Position numbers and translations under genes: made by a program
Shown: positions 9,823 through 20,783 of the stretch, one piece after another
How the letters are laid out: the number at the start of each line of letters is the position of its first letter
Position numbering within the stretch: the stretch's first letter is position 1
The notes under the pieces: model-generated
Database searches by the model: none
Told to the model about the DNA's origin: nothing
What the model saw: only the letters and a program-made list of their open reading frames with translations
NCBI GenBank assembly: GCA_964567725.1
Contig: CAZMNU010000001.1
Location: 34,838 to 98,837, forward strand
Reading direction: 5' to 3'
Source of the DNA: an uncultured Desulfobulbus sp.
GTDB taxonomy: Bacteria > Desulfobacterota > Desulfobulbia > Desulfobulbales > Desulfobulbaceae
DNA: 64,000 nucleotides

Positions 9823-10761
9823 ATGTACAGGGAGGTTCTTGCCGTCAGGGCACCGGCCAAGATCAATCTGTTTCTCCGGGTCACCGGGCGGCGGGGGGAC
9901 GGGTACCACACCCTCGAAACCCTGATGCACAAGGTCGGCCTGTTCGACCTGCTGGAGTTGCGCCCGGGCGGCGAGGGGGTGCGCCTCCGCTGCCCCGGTG
10001 CCGACCTGCCGGAGGACGGCGGCAACCTCGTTCACCGGGCGGCCGAACTGTTCCTGCAAACGGCGGCGCCACGGTTGGGCGGTCCGCTTCCCGGGGTGGA
10101 GATCACCCTGTCCAAGAACATCCCGGTCGCCGCCGGTCTCGGCGGCGGCAGCAGCGATGCGGCGGCCACCCTGAAGGGGCTGAACAGGCTTTTCGATGCC
10201 GGCCTGACGGAAGGCGAACTCGCGGCCCTCGGGCTGCGCCTGGGGGCAGATGTGCCCTTTTTCGTGGCCGATGCACCGGCCGCACTGGCCGTCGGCATCG
10301 GCGAAATCCTTACCCCGGTCGCCCCGCTGACCGGGTGTTCCGTGCTGCTCGTTAATCCCGGATTTGCCGTGTCTACGCGCTGGGTGTACCAGACTTTTGC
10401 GTTGACAAAAAACAGAAAGGCAACTAACCTAAAAAATTTACAGGAAGGTGCTGCCCGGTTGAGCCAGTCCGGGCTGACAGCAGCGGTGGAGGGGGCGCCG
10501 GCATCCCTACACAATGACTTGGAATCAGTCACCATCGCCCGCTATCCGGAGATCGGCCGTCTCAAAGAGGAACTGCTCGCCCGGGGCGCGATCGCCGCGC
10601 TCATGTCCGGCTCCGGCCCGACGGTGTTCGCTCTTTTTTCCGACCGGCAGGCTGCGGAAACCTGTCGCGCGCTGTTCGCGCGCCGAATCACGCAAACCTT
10701 TCTGGTCCATCCCTATGCCGGAGAAACCCGCCGGGACACGTCAGGCAATGTGTCCCGTTGA
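9823..10761 (+). CDS. ispE: 4-diphosphocytidyl-2C-methyl-D-erythritol kinase
   Basis: [41 protein letters not shown]. Confidence 0.95.
   Translation: MYREVLAVRAPAKINLFLRVTGRRGDGYHTLETLMHKVGLFDLLELRPGGEGVRLRCPGADLPEDGGNLVHRAAELFLQTAAPRLGGPLPGVEITLSKNIPVAAGLGGGSSDAAATLKGLNRLFDAGLTEGELAALGLRLGADVPFFVADAPAALAVGIGEILTPVAPLTGCSVLLVNPGFAVSTRWVYQTFALTKNRKATNLKNLQEGAARLSQSGLTAAVEGAPASLHNDLESVTIARYPEIGRLKEELLARGAIAALMSGSGPTVFALFSDRQAAETCRALFARRITQTFLVHPYAGETRRDTSGNVSR
10402..10430 (+). promoter_or_regulatory. internal sigma70 promoter inside ispE (for tRNA-Gln-prs-rplY)
   Basis: TTGACA-N17-TAACCT in an AT-rich island within a GC-rich CDS. Confidence 0.65.
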
Positions 10762-10765
10762 AAAC

Positions 10766-10840
10766 TGGGGCGTCGTCAAGCGGTAAGACACAAGGTTTTG
10801 ATCCTTGCATTCGGGGGTTCGAATCCTCCCGCCCCAGCCA
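10766..10840 (+). tRNA. tRNA-Gln(UUG)
   Basis: TGGGGCG acceptor; anticodon arm CAAGG-TT-TTG-AT-CCTTG; GTTCGAATC T-loop; encoded CCA; usual ispE-tRNA-Gln-prs synteny. Confidence 0.97.
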
Positions 10841-10859
10841 TTTGTCAGAGAAGAGTGCC

Positions 10860-11798
10860 ATGCCAAAAAATCTGAAGATTTTCACCGGGAACGCCAATCC
10901 GGCCATTGCCCGGGAAATCTGCGAATATCTGAAGGTGCCGCTCGGGGCGGCGGAGGTCAAAAAGTTTTCGGACGGCGAGATCAGCGTGGAGATCGGCGAG
11001 AACGTGCGCGGCGCCGACGTGTTCGTCATCCAGCCGACCTGCACCCCGGTCAACGACAACCTGATGGAACTCATCATCATGATCGACGCCCTGCGCCGCG
11101 CGTCGGCACGGCGGATCACCGCGGTCATGCCCTACTACGGCTATGCCCGCCAGGACCGCAAGGTGCGGCCCAGGGTGCCGATCACGGCCAAGGCGGTGGC
11201 CGAGATGCTCATGGTGGTCGGCACCCGCCGGGTACTGTGCATGGACCTGCACGCCGGCCAGATCCAGGGATTCTTCAACATTCCGGTCGACCATCTCTAC
11301 GCCGCGCCCATCATTCTCAACTACATCCGGGAAAGCTTCACCGATGTGGTGATGGTGTCGCCGGATGCGGGCGGTGTCGAGCGTACCCGCGCCTTTGCCA
11401 AGCGACTGAACGCCGGCCTGGCGATCGTCGACAAGCGGCGCGAACGGGCCAACGAATGCGAGGCCGTGCACGTTATCGGTGACGTCAAGGGCAAGACCGC
11501 CATCCTCCTCGACGACATGGTCGATACGGCCGGCACCCTCTGCGGCGGCGCGGAGATCCTCAAGAAAGTCGGCGCCAAAGAGGTGCATGCCTGCTGTTCG
11601 CATGCCGTCCTTTCCGGTCCGGCGGTCGAGCGGATCGGCAACTCCTGCCTGAAGTCGCTTCTGGTGACCAATTCCATTCCGTTGAAGGAAGAGGCCCGGC
11701 GGTGCGAAAAAATCACGGTTCTGTCGGTCGGTGCCCTCCTGGGCGAGGCGATCAGCAGGATTCACAACGAGGATTCGGTCAGTTATCTTTTTGTCTAG
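10860..11798 (+). CDS. prs: ribose-phosphate pyrophosphokinase
   Basis: [43 protein letters not shown]. Confidence 0.97.
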   Translation: MPKNLKIFTGNANPAIAREICEYLKVPLGAAEVKKFSDGEISVEIGENVRGADVFVIQPTCTPVNDNLMELIIMIDALRRASARRITAVMPYYGYARQDRKVRPRVPITAKAVAEMLMVVGTRRVLCMDLHAGQIQGFFNIPVDHLYAAPIILNYIRESFTDVVMVSPDAGGVERTRAFAKRLNAGLAIVDKRRERANECEAVHVIGDVKGKTAILLDDMVDTAGTLCGGAEILKKVGAKEVHACCSHAVLSGPAVERIGNSCLKSLLVTNSIPLKEEARRCEKITVLSVGALLGEAISRIHNEDSVSYLFV

Positions 11799-11859
11799 TC
11801 CACAGACGGAATATTCAGCAAATTTTGCATAGAACCCGCAGGAAAGGGGGGAGGTGGTC

Positions 11860-12417
11860 ATGCTTCAGGTCAACATGAAAACAAAGGTGCGCACGGTGTT
11901 CGGCAAGGGGCCGATGCGGCAGTTGCGGATGCGCGAAATCACGCCCGCCAATCTCTACAGCGGTGGTGCCGAGTCCGTGGCCCTGCAGTTCGATGCAGCC
12001 AAACTGTACAAGGACCTGCTGTTCATCCACGGCCGGAATGCGGTCGTGACCCTGGAGGTCGAGGGGGACAGCAAGGCCAACCGGCACGTGCTCGTCCAGG
12101 AGATCCAGAAGGAGCCGGTTGACGGCAGCCTCCTCCACGTGGATTTCCTCGAGATCGACCTGAGCAAACCGGCACAGTTCACCGTGCCGGTCGAGTACGT
12201 GGGCACGGCCAAGGGCGTGGACCTGGGTGGCGACCTGCAGGTGTTCAAGACCTCGGTTCGGCTGCGCGGTTGTCCGCTGGATATCCCGGATGTGATCAAG
12301 GCCGATATCACCCATCTCGAGCAGGGTGCCAAGGGGCTCACTTTCGCCGACCTCGCTGTGCCGGCCAATGTGGAAATGCTGGAAAAGGCCGAAACGGTCT
12401 GCGTTGCCGTTTTTTAA
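11860..12417 (+). CDS. rplY: 50S ribosomal protein L25/Ctc
   Basis: R..FGK...RQLR, QEIQKEPV...LHVDF, GTAKGVDLGG; GGAGGT RBS. Confidence 0.92.
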   Translation: MLQVNMKTKVRTVFGKGPMRQLRMREITPANLYSGGAESVALQFDAAKLYKDLLFIHGRNAVVTLEVEGDSKANRHVLVQEIQKEPVDGSLLHVDFLEIDLSKPAQFTVPVEYVGTAKGVDLGGDLQVFKTSVRLRGCPLDIPDVIKADITHLEQGAKGLTFADLAVPANVEMLEKAETVCVAVF

Positions 12418-12454
12418 ACCCTGTTCGCTCGTCTCGCGCTCTATTCGATCCGTG

Positions 12455-12494
12455 ATCGGGCCGGAGTTGTTCTCCGGCCCGATTCCTTTCTTTT
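12455..12494 (+). terminator. hairpin with pyrimidine tail between rplY and pth
   Basis: ATCGGGCCGGAG-ttgtt-CTCCGGCCCGAT followed by TCCTTTCTTTT. Confidence 0.5.
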
Positions 12495-12505
12495 CTCCCT
12501 GATGC

Positions 12506-13096
12506 ATGGCGGATACCCGATTTCTGCTGGTCGGCCTTGGTAACCCCGGGCCGGACTATCACCTGACCCGGCACAACGTCGGTTTCCTCTTTCTCGACCA
12601 CTTCGCCAGCGTCAACGGCTGGCGGATCGACAGCCTGAAGATGCAGGGGCTGTTCGGTCAGGGCCGGCACCGGTCCAGTCAACTGTTCCTGGTCAAGCCG
12701 CAGACCTACATGAACCGCTCCGGAGAGTGCGTTCGCCGCTTTCTCGACTATTTCAAAGTCCCGCTGGCCAACCTGCTCGTGCTCCACGACGACATCGATC
12801 TGGCCGCCGGCCGTATCAGGATGGTCCGTCGAGGCGGCGCCGGCGGCCACAACGGCATCCGTTCGCTCATTCAGCACCTGGGCACCCAGGATTTTGCGCG
12901 GATGAAGATCGGCATCGGCCGGCCGGTTGCCGATGCCGCAGGGCATGCACCGGCGGTGGACCGGTTCGTGCTGGCGCGGATGAGCGAGGAGGAACAGCGG
13001 TTGCTGCACGAGCGCGCCGGCCTGGTCGAAGAGGCGGTCTCCCTGTTTGTCGAGCAGGGCATCGATGTGTGCATGAACCGGATTAACGGCCGCTGA
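12506..13096 (+). CDS. pth: peptidyl-tRNA hydrolase
   Basis: VGLGNPG, TRHNVGF, KPQTYMNRSG, HDDIDL, GGHNG. Confidence 0.97.
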   Translation: MADTRFLLVGLGNPGPDYHLTRHNVGFLFLDHFASVNGWRIDSLKMQGLFGQGRHRSSQLFLVKPQTYMNRSGECVRRFLDYFKVPLANLLVLHDDIDLAAGRIRMVRRGGAGGHNGIRSLIQHLGTQDFARMKIGIGRPVADAAGHAPAVDRFVLARMSEEEQRLLHERAGLVEEAVSLFVEQGIDVCMNRINGR

Positions 13097-13202
13097 CCTG
13101 GTGCGGCCCCGGCTTCGCGCCGGCCGGCCCGCTCCGCCAGCGCATATTAATCATGTTTTCACCCCGTTGTCCTCTTTGCCCGGGTCATGTGCGCAGGACC
13201 TT

Positions 13203-13231
13203 TTGCCAATACTGAAAAAATATGCTAATAT
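13203..13231 (+). promoter_or_regulatory. putative sigma70 promoter for carD
   Basis: TTGCCA-N17-TAATAT with TGn extended -10, AT-rich context. Confidence 0.55.
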
Positions 13232-13305
13232 AATATTTTAGAGACAAGCGGCGCTTGGTCGCGGGTCTCGTTGCATGTCTTTTTCACCGTCTTCTGGAGG
13301 ATCAT

Positions 13306-13785
13306 GTGTTTACAGCAGGTGATATGGCCGTGTACCCGGCCCATGGCGTAGGCTTGATTCAAACGATTGAAAAGCAAACCATCGGTGGTATCGATCAGAG
13401 TTTTTACGTGATGAAAATTCTCGACAACGACATGACCATCATGATTCCGACGGCAACGAGCGCCAACGTCGGTTTGCGGGCGATCATCTCCGATGACGAA
13501 GTCACCAAGGTCATCGACATTCTCAAGGAGCGGGACGTCAAGGTCACCGCCCAGACCTGGAACCGGCGGTACCGCGATTACATGGACAAGATCAAGACCG
13601 GGTCCGTGTTCGAGGTGGCTGTGGTGCTGCGTGACCTCTTCCTCCTCAAGGAAGACAAGGAACTGTCCTACGGCGAGCGAAAGATGCTCGACACCGCCAA
13701 GAATCTGCTGGTTAAGGAACTGTCCCTCGCCAAACAGATGGATCAGGACAAGGTCGAGCGGCAGATTGAAAAAATCTTCTGCTGA
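13306..13785 (+). CDS. carD: CarD/CdnL family RNA polymerase-binding regulator
   Basis: GDMAVYPAHGVG, TWNRRYR, LSYGERKML; GTG start after GGAGG. Confidence 0.93.
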   Translation: MFTAGDMAVYPAHGVGLIQTIEKQTIGGIDQSFYVMKILDNDMTIMIPTATSANVGLRAIISDDEVTKVIDILKERDVKVTAQTWNRRYRDYMDKIKTGSVFEVAVVLRDLFLLKEDKELSYGERKMLDTAKNLLVKELSLAKQMDQDKVERQIEKIFC

Positions 13786-13794
13786 ACGACGGGG

Positions 13795-14784
13795 TTGCTG
13801 GGCGGCGTGATACCGGTGGCCAAGGATGGTCCGGCTGCCGCCGGAGGTGATCCCCCGGTGTGTTACCCGGTCCTGCCGACCGAAGCCGGGCAGCGGCTCG
13901 ACCATTTTCTCCTCGACAAGTATCCCGACCTGTCCCGTTCTTCCCTGCTCAAGCGTATTGCCGCCGCGGACGTCCTTGTCGACGGTCGTCCGGTGAAGGC
14001 AGGCTTTCGCCTGCGCGCCGAGCATTCCGTCACCATTGCCTTCCCGCCTCCGCCCCCCTCCGAACTGCAGGCGGAGCGGGTGGATTTTCCGGTCCTGTTT
14101 GAAGACGCCCACCTGCTGGTGATCAACAAACCGCCGGGCCTGGTTGTCCATCCGGCCTGCGGCCACCGGCAGGGCACCCTGGTGCACGGACTGCTTCACC
14201 GGTTCGGTTCGTCACTGCCCGCTGCCGACGCCCTCCGGCCCGGGATCGTTCACCGCCTGGACAAGGACACCTCGGGCGTGCTGCTGGTCGCCAAGACCGA
14301 ACAGGCGCTGCGACTTCTCATGGCGGATTTCAAGGACAGAAAAATCCACAAGACCTATCACGCCCTGCTCGTGCGCACACCCCGTGACCCGCAAGGGCGG
14401 ATGGTCGCGCCCATCGGCCGCCATCCAGTGCACCGCAAGAAAATGGCGGTTTGCCCGGAGAGCGGCAAACACGCGGTCACCGCCTGGCGCGTGCAGGAGC
14501 GGTACCCCAACGGCTGGTGCCTGGCCGAGGTCACCATTGAAACCGGCAGGACCCACCAGATCCGCGTCCACATGGCCGCCATGAACAGTCCGGTGGCCGG
14601 CGATGCGCTGTATGGCGGCACGCCGGGACGCGACCGGGTGCTGCAGCCGGCGCGGCAGATGCTCCATGCCAGCACGCTCCGTTTCGTCCACCCGGTGAGC
14701 GGTGAGGTGTTGTGCTGCACGGCTCCGCTCTGGGCGGACATGCTCCAACTCCTCGATGTGCTGAGAAACCGGGACGGTGCATGA
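13795..14784 (+). CDS. rluD: RluA/RluD family 23S rRNA pseudouridine synthase
   Basis: S4 domain (RLDHFL), NKPPGLVVHP, HRLDKDTSG, TGRTHQIRVH; start uncertain (13795 or 13816). Confidence 0.9.
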   Translation: MLGGVIPVAKDGPAAAGGDPPVCYPVLPTEAGQRLDHFLLDKYPDLSRSSLLKRIAAADVLVDGRPVKAGFRLRAEHSVTIAFPPPPPSELQAERVDFPVLFEDAHLLVINKPPGLVVHPACGHRQGTLVHGLLHRFGSSLPAADALRPGIVHRLDKDTSGVLLVAKTEQALRLLMADFKDRKIHKTYHALLVRTPRDPQGRMVAPIGRHPVHRKKMAVCPESGKHAVTAWRVQERYPNGWCLAEVTIETGRTHQIRVHMAAMNSPVAGDALYGGTPGRDRVLQPARQMLHASTLRFVHPVSGEVLCCTAPLWADMLQLLDVLRNRDGA

Positions 14785-15407
14785 AGCCCTATCTGCTCGG
14801 GATCACCGGTGGCATCGGCTCGGGCAAGAGCAGCGTCAGCCGGCTGCTCGCCAGTGTCTGCGGGGCGCCGCTGGTCGATGTCGACCAGTGCTGCCGGCAG
14901 CTGCTCGAGGTCGGCCAGCCCGGTTGGCAGGCGCTGCGTCAACGGTTCGGCGACCTGTTCCTGCTCGCGGACGGCCAGGTCGATCGGGTCGGGCTGCGCG
15001 AGCGTCTTTTCGCCGACCCGGCGGTCCGCCGCGAGGTCGATGCGCTGCTCCATCCGCTCGCCCGCGAGGCGCTGCACCGGGCGGCGATGCACCACGACGT
15101 GCCGCTGGTACTGGTGGAAATCCCGCTGCTCTACGAGGCCGGCTGGCAGGACGAGGTGGATGGGGTGCTGGTGGTCTCGGCGCGTCCGGGAGCGCAGTGC
15201 TGCCGGGTGATGCGACGGGACGGCGTGTCCAGGCGTTCGGCGGCACGGGCCATCGCCGCCCAGATGGACCTGGGAGAAAAGGCGCGCCGCGCCGATTGGG
15301 TGATCGACAACAGCGGCTCCTGGGAGGATGTCCGGGAGCAGACCCTGGCCCTGGGCAGGCAACTGGCGGCGCGCTTTTCAACTTGCGCCGGCCAAGAAAG
15401 TGCTTGA
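14781..15407 (+). CDS. coaE: dephospho-CoA kinase
   Basis: GITGGIGSGKS, EIPLLYE, ADWVIDNSG; ATGA overlap with rluD. Confidence 0.93.
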   Translation: MKPYLLGITGGIGSGKSSVSRLLASVCGAPLVDVDQCCRQLLEVGQPGWQALRQRFGDLFLLADGQVDRVGLRERLFADPAVRREVDALLHPLAREALHRAAMHHDVPLVLVEIPLLYEAGWQDEVDGVLVVSARPGAQCCRVMRRDGVSRRSAARAIAAQMDLGEKARRADWVIDNSGSWEDVREQTLALGRQLAARFSTCAGQESA

Positions 15408-15786
15408 CAGCGCCACCTTAAACCAATATTTAGCTCCATAACATCTCAACCGATTGATTTTTCCCTCATCGGCTTCCTGACCTGACCTTTCACGGAAACT
15501 ATATATCGCCGACCGGTTCGTTCTTTCTCTTTTCAGGCCCGGTTCGCTGCGCTGGATAGCAGTTTTTCTGCCCCTGCCTGTTCATCCAGCCCATCTTTGT
15601 AGACAATCATACAACCCTACAATCTCCTTCGTGTTTGTTCAGTGGCGCGTTCGGCGCCGCTCCACCGGCACATGATGCGGTCCAGTCATCGTGTCCCGTG
15701 TTCATTCACCTTTCCCACCGTAGCTATCATGATCCATCCCCTCGATTGCCCCCATCACGCCGACCACTGGGAGGAAGAACCGGTCA
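15404..15786 (+). promoter_or_regulatory. rho promoter (TTGACA-N17-TATTTA) and long C-rich/G-poor 5' leader
   Basis: TTGACA at 15404 overlaps the coaE stop; about 350 nt pyrimidine-rich leader with no convincing ORF. Confidence 0.6.
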
Positions 15787-17034
15787 ATGAATCCAACTGA
15801 GTTGAAAAACAAGAAAATCAAAGAACTCGTCAGCCTTGCCGCCTCCCTCGATATCGAGGGGTACAGCAATATGACCAAGCAGGAACTCATTTTCGCCATC
15901 CTCAAGGAGCAGGCGGATGAGGACGGCAAATTGAGGGGCAGCGGTGTTCTCGAGATCCTGCAGGATGGATTCGGCTTTCTCCGGGCGCCGGACTACAACT
16001 ATCTGCCCGGTCCGGACGACATCTACGTGTCGCCGTCACAGATCCGCCGGCTCAACCTGCGCACCGGCGACACCATCGAGGGCGAGGTGCGCGCGCCCAA
16101 GGACAACGAGCGCTACTTTGCCCTGCTCAAGGTCGACACCATCAACTACGAGCCCCCGGAGGCGGCAAAGAACAAGACCGCCTTCATCAATCTGACCCCG
16201 CTCCACCCGGAAGAGCAGATCAATCTGGAGACCACCCCGGACAACCTGAGCATGCGGGTGCTGAACATCACCGCACCTCTGGGCAAGGGCCAGCGCGGCC
16301 TGATCGTCGCCCCGCCGCGGACCGGCAAGACCGTGCTCATGCAGAACATCGCCAATTCCATCGTCACCAACCACAAGGAGATCATCCTCATCGTCCTGCT
16401 CATCGACGAGCGGCCCGAGGAGGTCACCGACATGCGGCGGCACGTGGATGCGGAGGTGGTCAGTTCGACCTTCGATGAACCGCCCCAGCGGCACATCCAG
16501 GTGGCCGAAATGGTCATCCAGAAGGCCCAGCGACTGGTAGAGCACAAGAAGGACGTGGTCATCCTGCTCGACTCCATCACCCGCCTGGCCCGGGCCTACA
16601 ACACGGTGACGCCGGCCTCGGGCAAGATCCTCTCGGGCGGTGTCGAGGCCAACGCCCTGCACCGGCCGAAACGGTTTTTCGGTGCGGCGCGCAACCTCGA
16701 AGAGGGCGGCAGCCTGACCATCCTGGCCACCGCCCTGATCGACACCGGCAGTCGCATGGACGAGGTTATCTTCGAGGAGTTCAAGGGCACGGGCAACATG
16801 GAGATCGTGCTCGACCGCAAGATGGCCAACCGGCGCATCTACCCGGCCATCGATATCCAGAAGTCGGGCACCCGCAAGGAGGATCTGCTCCTGCCTCCGG
16901 ACGACCTGAACCGGATCTGGATTCTGCGCAAGCTGCTTTCCTCCATGAACCCCGCCGATGCCATGGAATTTCTCCTGGACAAGATGAGCCAGACAAAGAC
17001 CAACCAGGAATTTTTTGCCTCCATGAACCGTTAG
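15787..17034 (+). CDS. rho: transcription termination factor Rho
   Basis: [54 protein letters not shown]. Confidence 0.99.
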   Translation: MNPTELKNKKIKELVSLAASLDIEGYSNMTKQELIFAILKEQADEDGKLRGSGVLEILQDGFGFLRAPDYNYLPGPDDIYVSPSQIRRLNLRTGDTIEGEVRAPKDNERYFALLKVDTINYEPPEAAKNKTAFINLTPLHPEEQINLETTPDNLSMRVLNITAPLGKGQRGLIVAPPRTGKTVLMQNIANSIVTNHKEIILIVLLIDERPEEVTDMRRHVDAEVVSSTFDEPPQRHIQVAEMVIQKAQRLVEHKKDVVILLDSITRLARAYNTVTPASGKILSGGVEANALHRPKRFFGAARNLEEGGSLTILATALIDTGSRMDEVIFEEFKGTGNMEIVLDRKMANRRIYPAIDIQKSGTRKEDLLLPPDDLNRIWILRKLLSSMNPADAMEFLLDKMSQTKTNQEFFASMNR

Positions 17035-17124
17035 GTTCTGTTTTTTGCTTTCAAGCGGGGGGCAAACAGGATATATTTCTTACTTTTGTAGAAAAAATTT
17101 ATCCCTTCCCAAGGAGGACGGACC

Positions 17125-17343
17125 GTGAAGCCGGATATTCATCCCAAATACAACAAGATCAATGCAGTCTGCGCCTGTGGCAACGAGATCGAGCTCGGCT
17201 CGGTGAACAGCGAAATGCACGTCGAAATCTGTTCCGCCTGTCACCCTTTCTTCACCGGCAAGCAGAAACTCATCGACACCGCCGGCCGCATCGAGAAATT
17301 CAAAAAGAAATACGCCGGGTTCCAGGGCAGCAAGAAGAAATAG
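17125..17343 (+). CDS. rpmE: 50S ribosomal protein L31 (Zn-binding CxC/CxxC type)
   Basis: [25 protein letters not shown]. Confidence 0.97.
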   Translation: MKPDIHPKYNKINAVCACGNEIELGSVNSEMHVEICSACHPFFTGKQKLIDTAGRIEKFKKKYAGFQGSKKK

Positions 17344-17493
17344 CCGCCTGCTCCCGTTTTCTTCTTTTTGCCCCTCCTGACCGGAGGGCCGCACCTGCCG
17401 CCGGTACCGGACTGCTGACCCTGTCCGGCCCGGCCACGGCAGCGTTGTCGGCTGCCGTCACGAGGGGTTTCCCGTCTTTGCCACTGGTCGCCT

Positions 17494-18564
17494 ATGCTTG
17501 CGAATCTGCAGGATATCAATGAAAAGCTGCACATGCTCGAGCGGCAGCTCTCCGACCCGGAACTGGTCGGCGACCAGCAGCGCTACCGGGAAGTCGTGCG
17601 CGAGCACAGCCTGGTGGCGAAGCTGGCCGAGTTGCATGCCGCCTACACCGCGACCTGTGCGCAGATCAGCGGCAACCAGGAACTGGTGCACAGTGAGGGA
17701 GAGGATCCGGAACTGGTGGAACTGGCCAGGGGGGAGATCGCGGAGCTGAAAGAGAAAAAGGAGCGCATCGAAGGTGAGATCCGCCTGCGTCTCTTGCCCC
17801 GCGACGCCAACGACGACAAGAACATCTTTCTCGAGATCCGGGCCGGCACCGGCGGAGACGAGGCGGCCCTGTTCGCGGCCGACCTGTTCCGCATGTACAG
17901 CCGCTATGCCGAGATGCAGGGCTGGAAGGTCGAGGTGATGAGTTCCAACCCGATCGGCATCGGCGGGTTCAAGGAGATCATCGCCCTGGTGAGCGGCAAC
18001 CAGGTCTATTCTCGTCTCAAGTACGAGTCCGGGGTGCACCGGGTACAGCGGGTGCCGGACACCGAGACCCAGGGCCGCATCCACACCTCGGCCGTGACCG
18101 TGGCCATCATTCCCGAGGCCGAAGAGGTCGACCTGCACATCGAGCCCAACGAACTGAAGTTCGACGTCTACCGTTCCTCCGGACCGGGCGGCCAGTCGGT
18201 CAACACCACCGACTCGGCGGTGCGCGTCACCCACCTGCCCACTGGCCTCGTGGTCACCTGCCAGGACGAAAAATCCCAGCATAAGAACAAGGCCAAGGCC
18301 CTGCAGGTGCTGCGCGCCCGGCTGCTCGACCGGATGGAGCAGGAACGGCACGACCGCATGGCCGAGGACCGCAAGAGTCAGGTGGGCAGCGGCGACCGCA
18401 GCGAACGCATCCGCACCTACAATTTCCCCCAGGGCCGGGTGACCGATCACCGTATCAATCTCACCCTCTACCGGCTCGACCAGGTGCTGGCCGGCATGCT
18501 CGACGACGTGATCCTGCCGATCATCAGCCACTACCAGACGGAAGCGCTTAAATCCGCGTCCTGA
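17494..18564 (+). CDS. prfA: peptide chain release factor 1
   Basis: [14 protein letters not shown] anticodon-mimic (VPDTE), [14 protein letters not shown]. Confidence 0.98.
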   Translation: MLANLQDINEKLHMLERQLSDPELVGDQQRYREVVREHSLVAKLAELHAAYTATCAQISGNQELVHSEGEDPELVELARGEIAELKEKKERIEGEIRLRLLPRDANDDKNIFLEIRAGTGGDEAALFAADLFRMYSRYAEMQGWKVEVMSSNPIGIGGFKEIIALVSGNQVYSRLKYESGVHRVQRVPDTETQGRIHTSAVTVAIIPEAEEVDLHIEPNELKFDVYRSSGPGGQSVNTTDSAVRVTHLPTGLVVTCQDEKSQHKNKAKALQVLRARLLDRMEQERHDRMAEDRKSQVGSGDRSERIRTYNFPQGRVTDHRINLTLYRLDQVLAGMLDDVILPIISHYQTEALKSAS

Positions 18565-18578
18565 CCCGAGCCGGCCGC

Positions 18579-19442
18579 ATGCACCTCGACGCCCTGATCA
18601 GGCAGGCGGCCCGGACCCTGGCCGAGGCCGGCATCGCCACCGCGGACCTGGATGCGCGCCTGCTCTTCCGGCACCTGACCGGTCTGTCGGCAAGCGATCT
18701 GGTGCTGCGCTCCGCCGACCCGGTGGACGATCAGGTGGCGGCCTCCTACCGGCGACTGATCGGCCGGCGGGGCCGGCGCGTGCCCCTGCACTACCTGACC
18801 GGCACGCGGGAATTCTGGTCCCTGGATTTTTTCGTCTCACCGGCCGTGCTCATCCCCCGGCCGGAGACGGAATTTGTGCTTGAACAGGTGCTCACCGCCT
18901 GCCGGACCGACGGTCCGGTGCGGCGCGCCCTGGACCTGTGTACCGGCAGCGGGGTGATCGCGGTGGTGCTGGCCCGGGAACTCGGTTGTTTCGTGACCGC
19001 AGTGGACATCTCGCCGGCGGCGCTGTCCGTGGCCCGGGAGAATGTCCGCCGCCACGGGGTCACGGACCTGGTCGATCCGGTCTGCGGCGACCTGTTCGCC
19101 CCCCTTGGCAGCGGCCGGCCGTTCGACCTGATCGTCAGCAACCCGCCTTACATCGCCGAGGATCAGATCGATGGGCTCGAGCCCGAGGTCAGCCGGGCGG
19201 AGCCGCGCCTGGCCCTGGCTGGCGGCGAGGACGGCCTGGCGGTGATCCGGCGGCTGGCCCAGGGCGCGGCGGATCACCTGCGGCCGGGCGGCTGGCTGTT
19301 CATCGAGATCGGTGCCGACCAGGCGCAGCCGGTGCGGCAACTCTTTCAGACGCACGGGGCGCGCTACGACCGCATCCGGGTCATCGACGACTGGTCCGGC
19401 CGCCCCCGGGTGCTGCAGGCACGGCGTCGGCCGGCCGCCTGA
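18579..19442 (+). CDS. prmC: release factor glutamine methyltransferase
   Basis: [21 protein letters not shown]; follows prfA. Confidence 0.96.
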   Translation: MHLDALIRQAARTLAEAGIATADLDARLLFRHLTGLSASDLVLRSADPVDDQVAASYRRLIGRRGRRVPLHYLTGTREFWSLDFFVSPAVLIPRPETEFVLEQVLTACRTDGPVRRALDLCTGSGVIAVVLARELGCFVTAVDISPAALSVARENVRRHGVTDLVDPVCGDLFAPLGSGRPFDLIVSNPPYIAEDQIDGLEPEVSRAEPRLALAGGEDGLAVIRRLAQGAADHLRPGGWLFIEIGADQAQPVRQLFQTHGARYDRIRVIDDWSGRPRVLQARRRPAA

Positions 19443-19499
19443 ACGGTCCGGGCCCCTTGGCCGCAATCAGCCTCCTCTTCTCTCACCCACACCACGCTT

Positions 19500-20783
19500 A
19501 TGGACAAACTCGTCATCGAAGGCGGCCTGCCGCTGCAGGGCACGGTCCGCATTTCCGGCGCCAAGAACGCCGCCCTGCCGCTCATGGCCGCCACCCTGCT
19601 GGCCCCGGGCTGGCACACCCTGGAAAACGTGCCCGATCAGCGCGACACCCGGACCATGCTCAAGCTGCTGGAGATCCTCGGCGCCCGCTGGGAGCGCCAG
19701 GGCGAGACGGTACGCATCAACACCGATCAGCTCACCGGCACGGAGGCCCCCTACGAACTGGTGAAAACCATGCGCGCCTCGGTGCTCGTGCTCGGTCCGC
19801 TGCTGGCCCGATCAGGCTTTGCCCGGGTCAGCCTGCCGGGCGGCTGTGCCATCGGCGCCCGGCCCATCAACTTCCACCTGCGCGGCTTCGAACAGCTGGG
19901 GGTGGTCACCCGGCTCGAACAGGGCTACGTGGAGGCGGTGGCGGACGGGCGGATGCACGGCGGCTCGGTGTATTTCGATGTCCCTTCGGTCACCGGCACG
20001 GAGAACGTGCTCATGGCCTCGGTCGCCGCCCCGGGCCGGACGATCATCAAGAACGCCGCCAAGGAACCCGAGGTGGGCAACCTCATCGACATGCTCACCG
20101 CCATGGGGGCAGAGATCGAAGGGCGCGACACGGACCGGCTCACCGTCCACGGCGGCACCCGGCTGCAGGCGAGCACCGCGCGCATCATCCCGGACCGGAT
20201 CGAGGCCGGCACCTACCTGATCGCCGCCGCGGCCACCGGCGGCGAGGTCACCCTCACCGACTGCGACCCGGCCCACCTGCCGTCGCTGACCGAGAAGCTG
20301 CAGCTGTGCGGCGCCCGGGTCGCCGTGGCCGAGCACCGCATGACCGTGGCCTGCGACGAGATTGGCTCACCCGGTCGCTGCCGCCTGCACAGCGTCGACA
20401 TCACCACCATGCCCTTTCCCGGATTCCCCACCGACCTGCAGGCCCAGTTCATGGCGCTCATGGCGCAGGGCGACGGCACCTCGGTCATCCACGAGACCAT
20501 CTTCGAGAACCGGTTCATGCACGTGGCCGAACTGCGCCGGCTGGGCGCGAACATCACCATCGAGGGCTCGCGCGCCGTGGTTCGCGGCATCGACCCGGCC
20601 CGGCTGTGCGGCGCCCCGGTGATGGCCACCGACCTGCGCGCCTCCGCCTCGCTGGTCATCGCCGGCCTGACTGCCCAGGGACGGACCGAGATCTCGCGCA
20701 TCTACCACCTGGAGCGGGGCTACGAGAACATGGCCGGGAAGCTGCGGGGCCTGGGCGCCCGGGTCGAGATCGTCAGGGAGTAG
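19500..20783 (+). CDS. murA: UDP-N-acetylglucosamine 1-carboxyvinyltransferase
   Basis: [37 protein letters not shown]. Confidence 0.98.
   Translation: MDKLVIEGGLPLQGTVRISGAKNAALPLMAATLLAPGWHTLENVPDQRDTRTMLKLLEILGARWERQGETVRINTDQLTGTEAPYELVKTMRASVLVLGPLLARSGFARVSLPGGCAIGARPINFHLRGFEQLGVVTRLEQGYVEAVADGRMHGGSVYFDVPSVTGTENVLMASVAAPGRTIIKNAAKEPEVGNLIDMLTAMGAEIEGRDTDRLTVHGGTRLQASTARIIPDRIEAGTYLIAAAATGGEVTLTDCDPAHLPSLTEKLQLCGARVAVAEHRMTVACDEIGSPGRCRLHSVDITTMPFPGFPTDLQAQFMALMAQGDGTSVIHETIFENRFMHVAELRRLGANITIEGSRAVVRGIDPARLCGAPVMATDLRASASLVIAGLTAQGRTEISRIYHLERGYENMAGKLRGLGARVEIVRE

Noticed and set aside
10766..10840. tRNA as an integration site
   Set aside because: I noticed no duplicated tRNA 3' end or integrase, and the ispE-tRNA-prs order is intact.
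10758..10859. N-terminal extension of Prs
   Set aside because: It is the tRNA-Gln gene read in frame; the real start is 10860.
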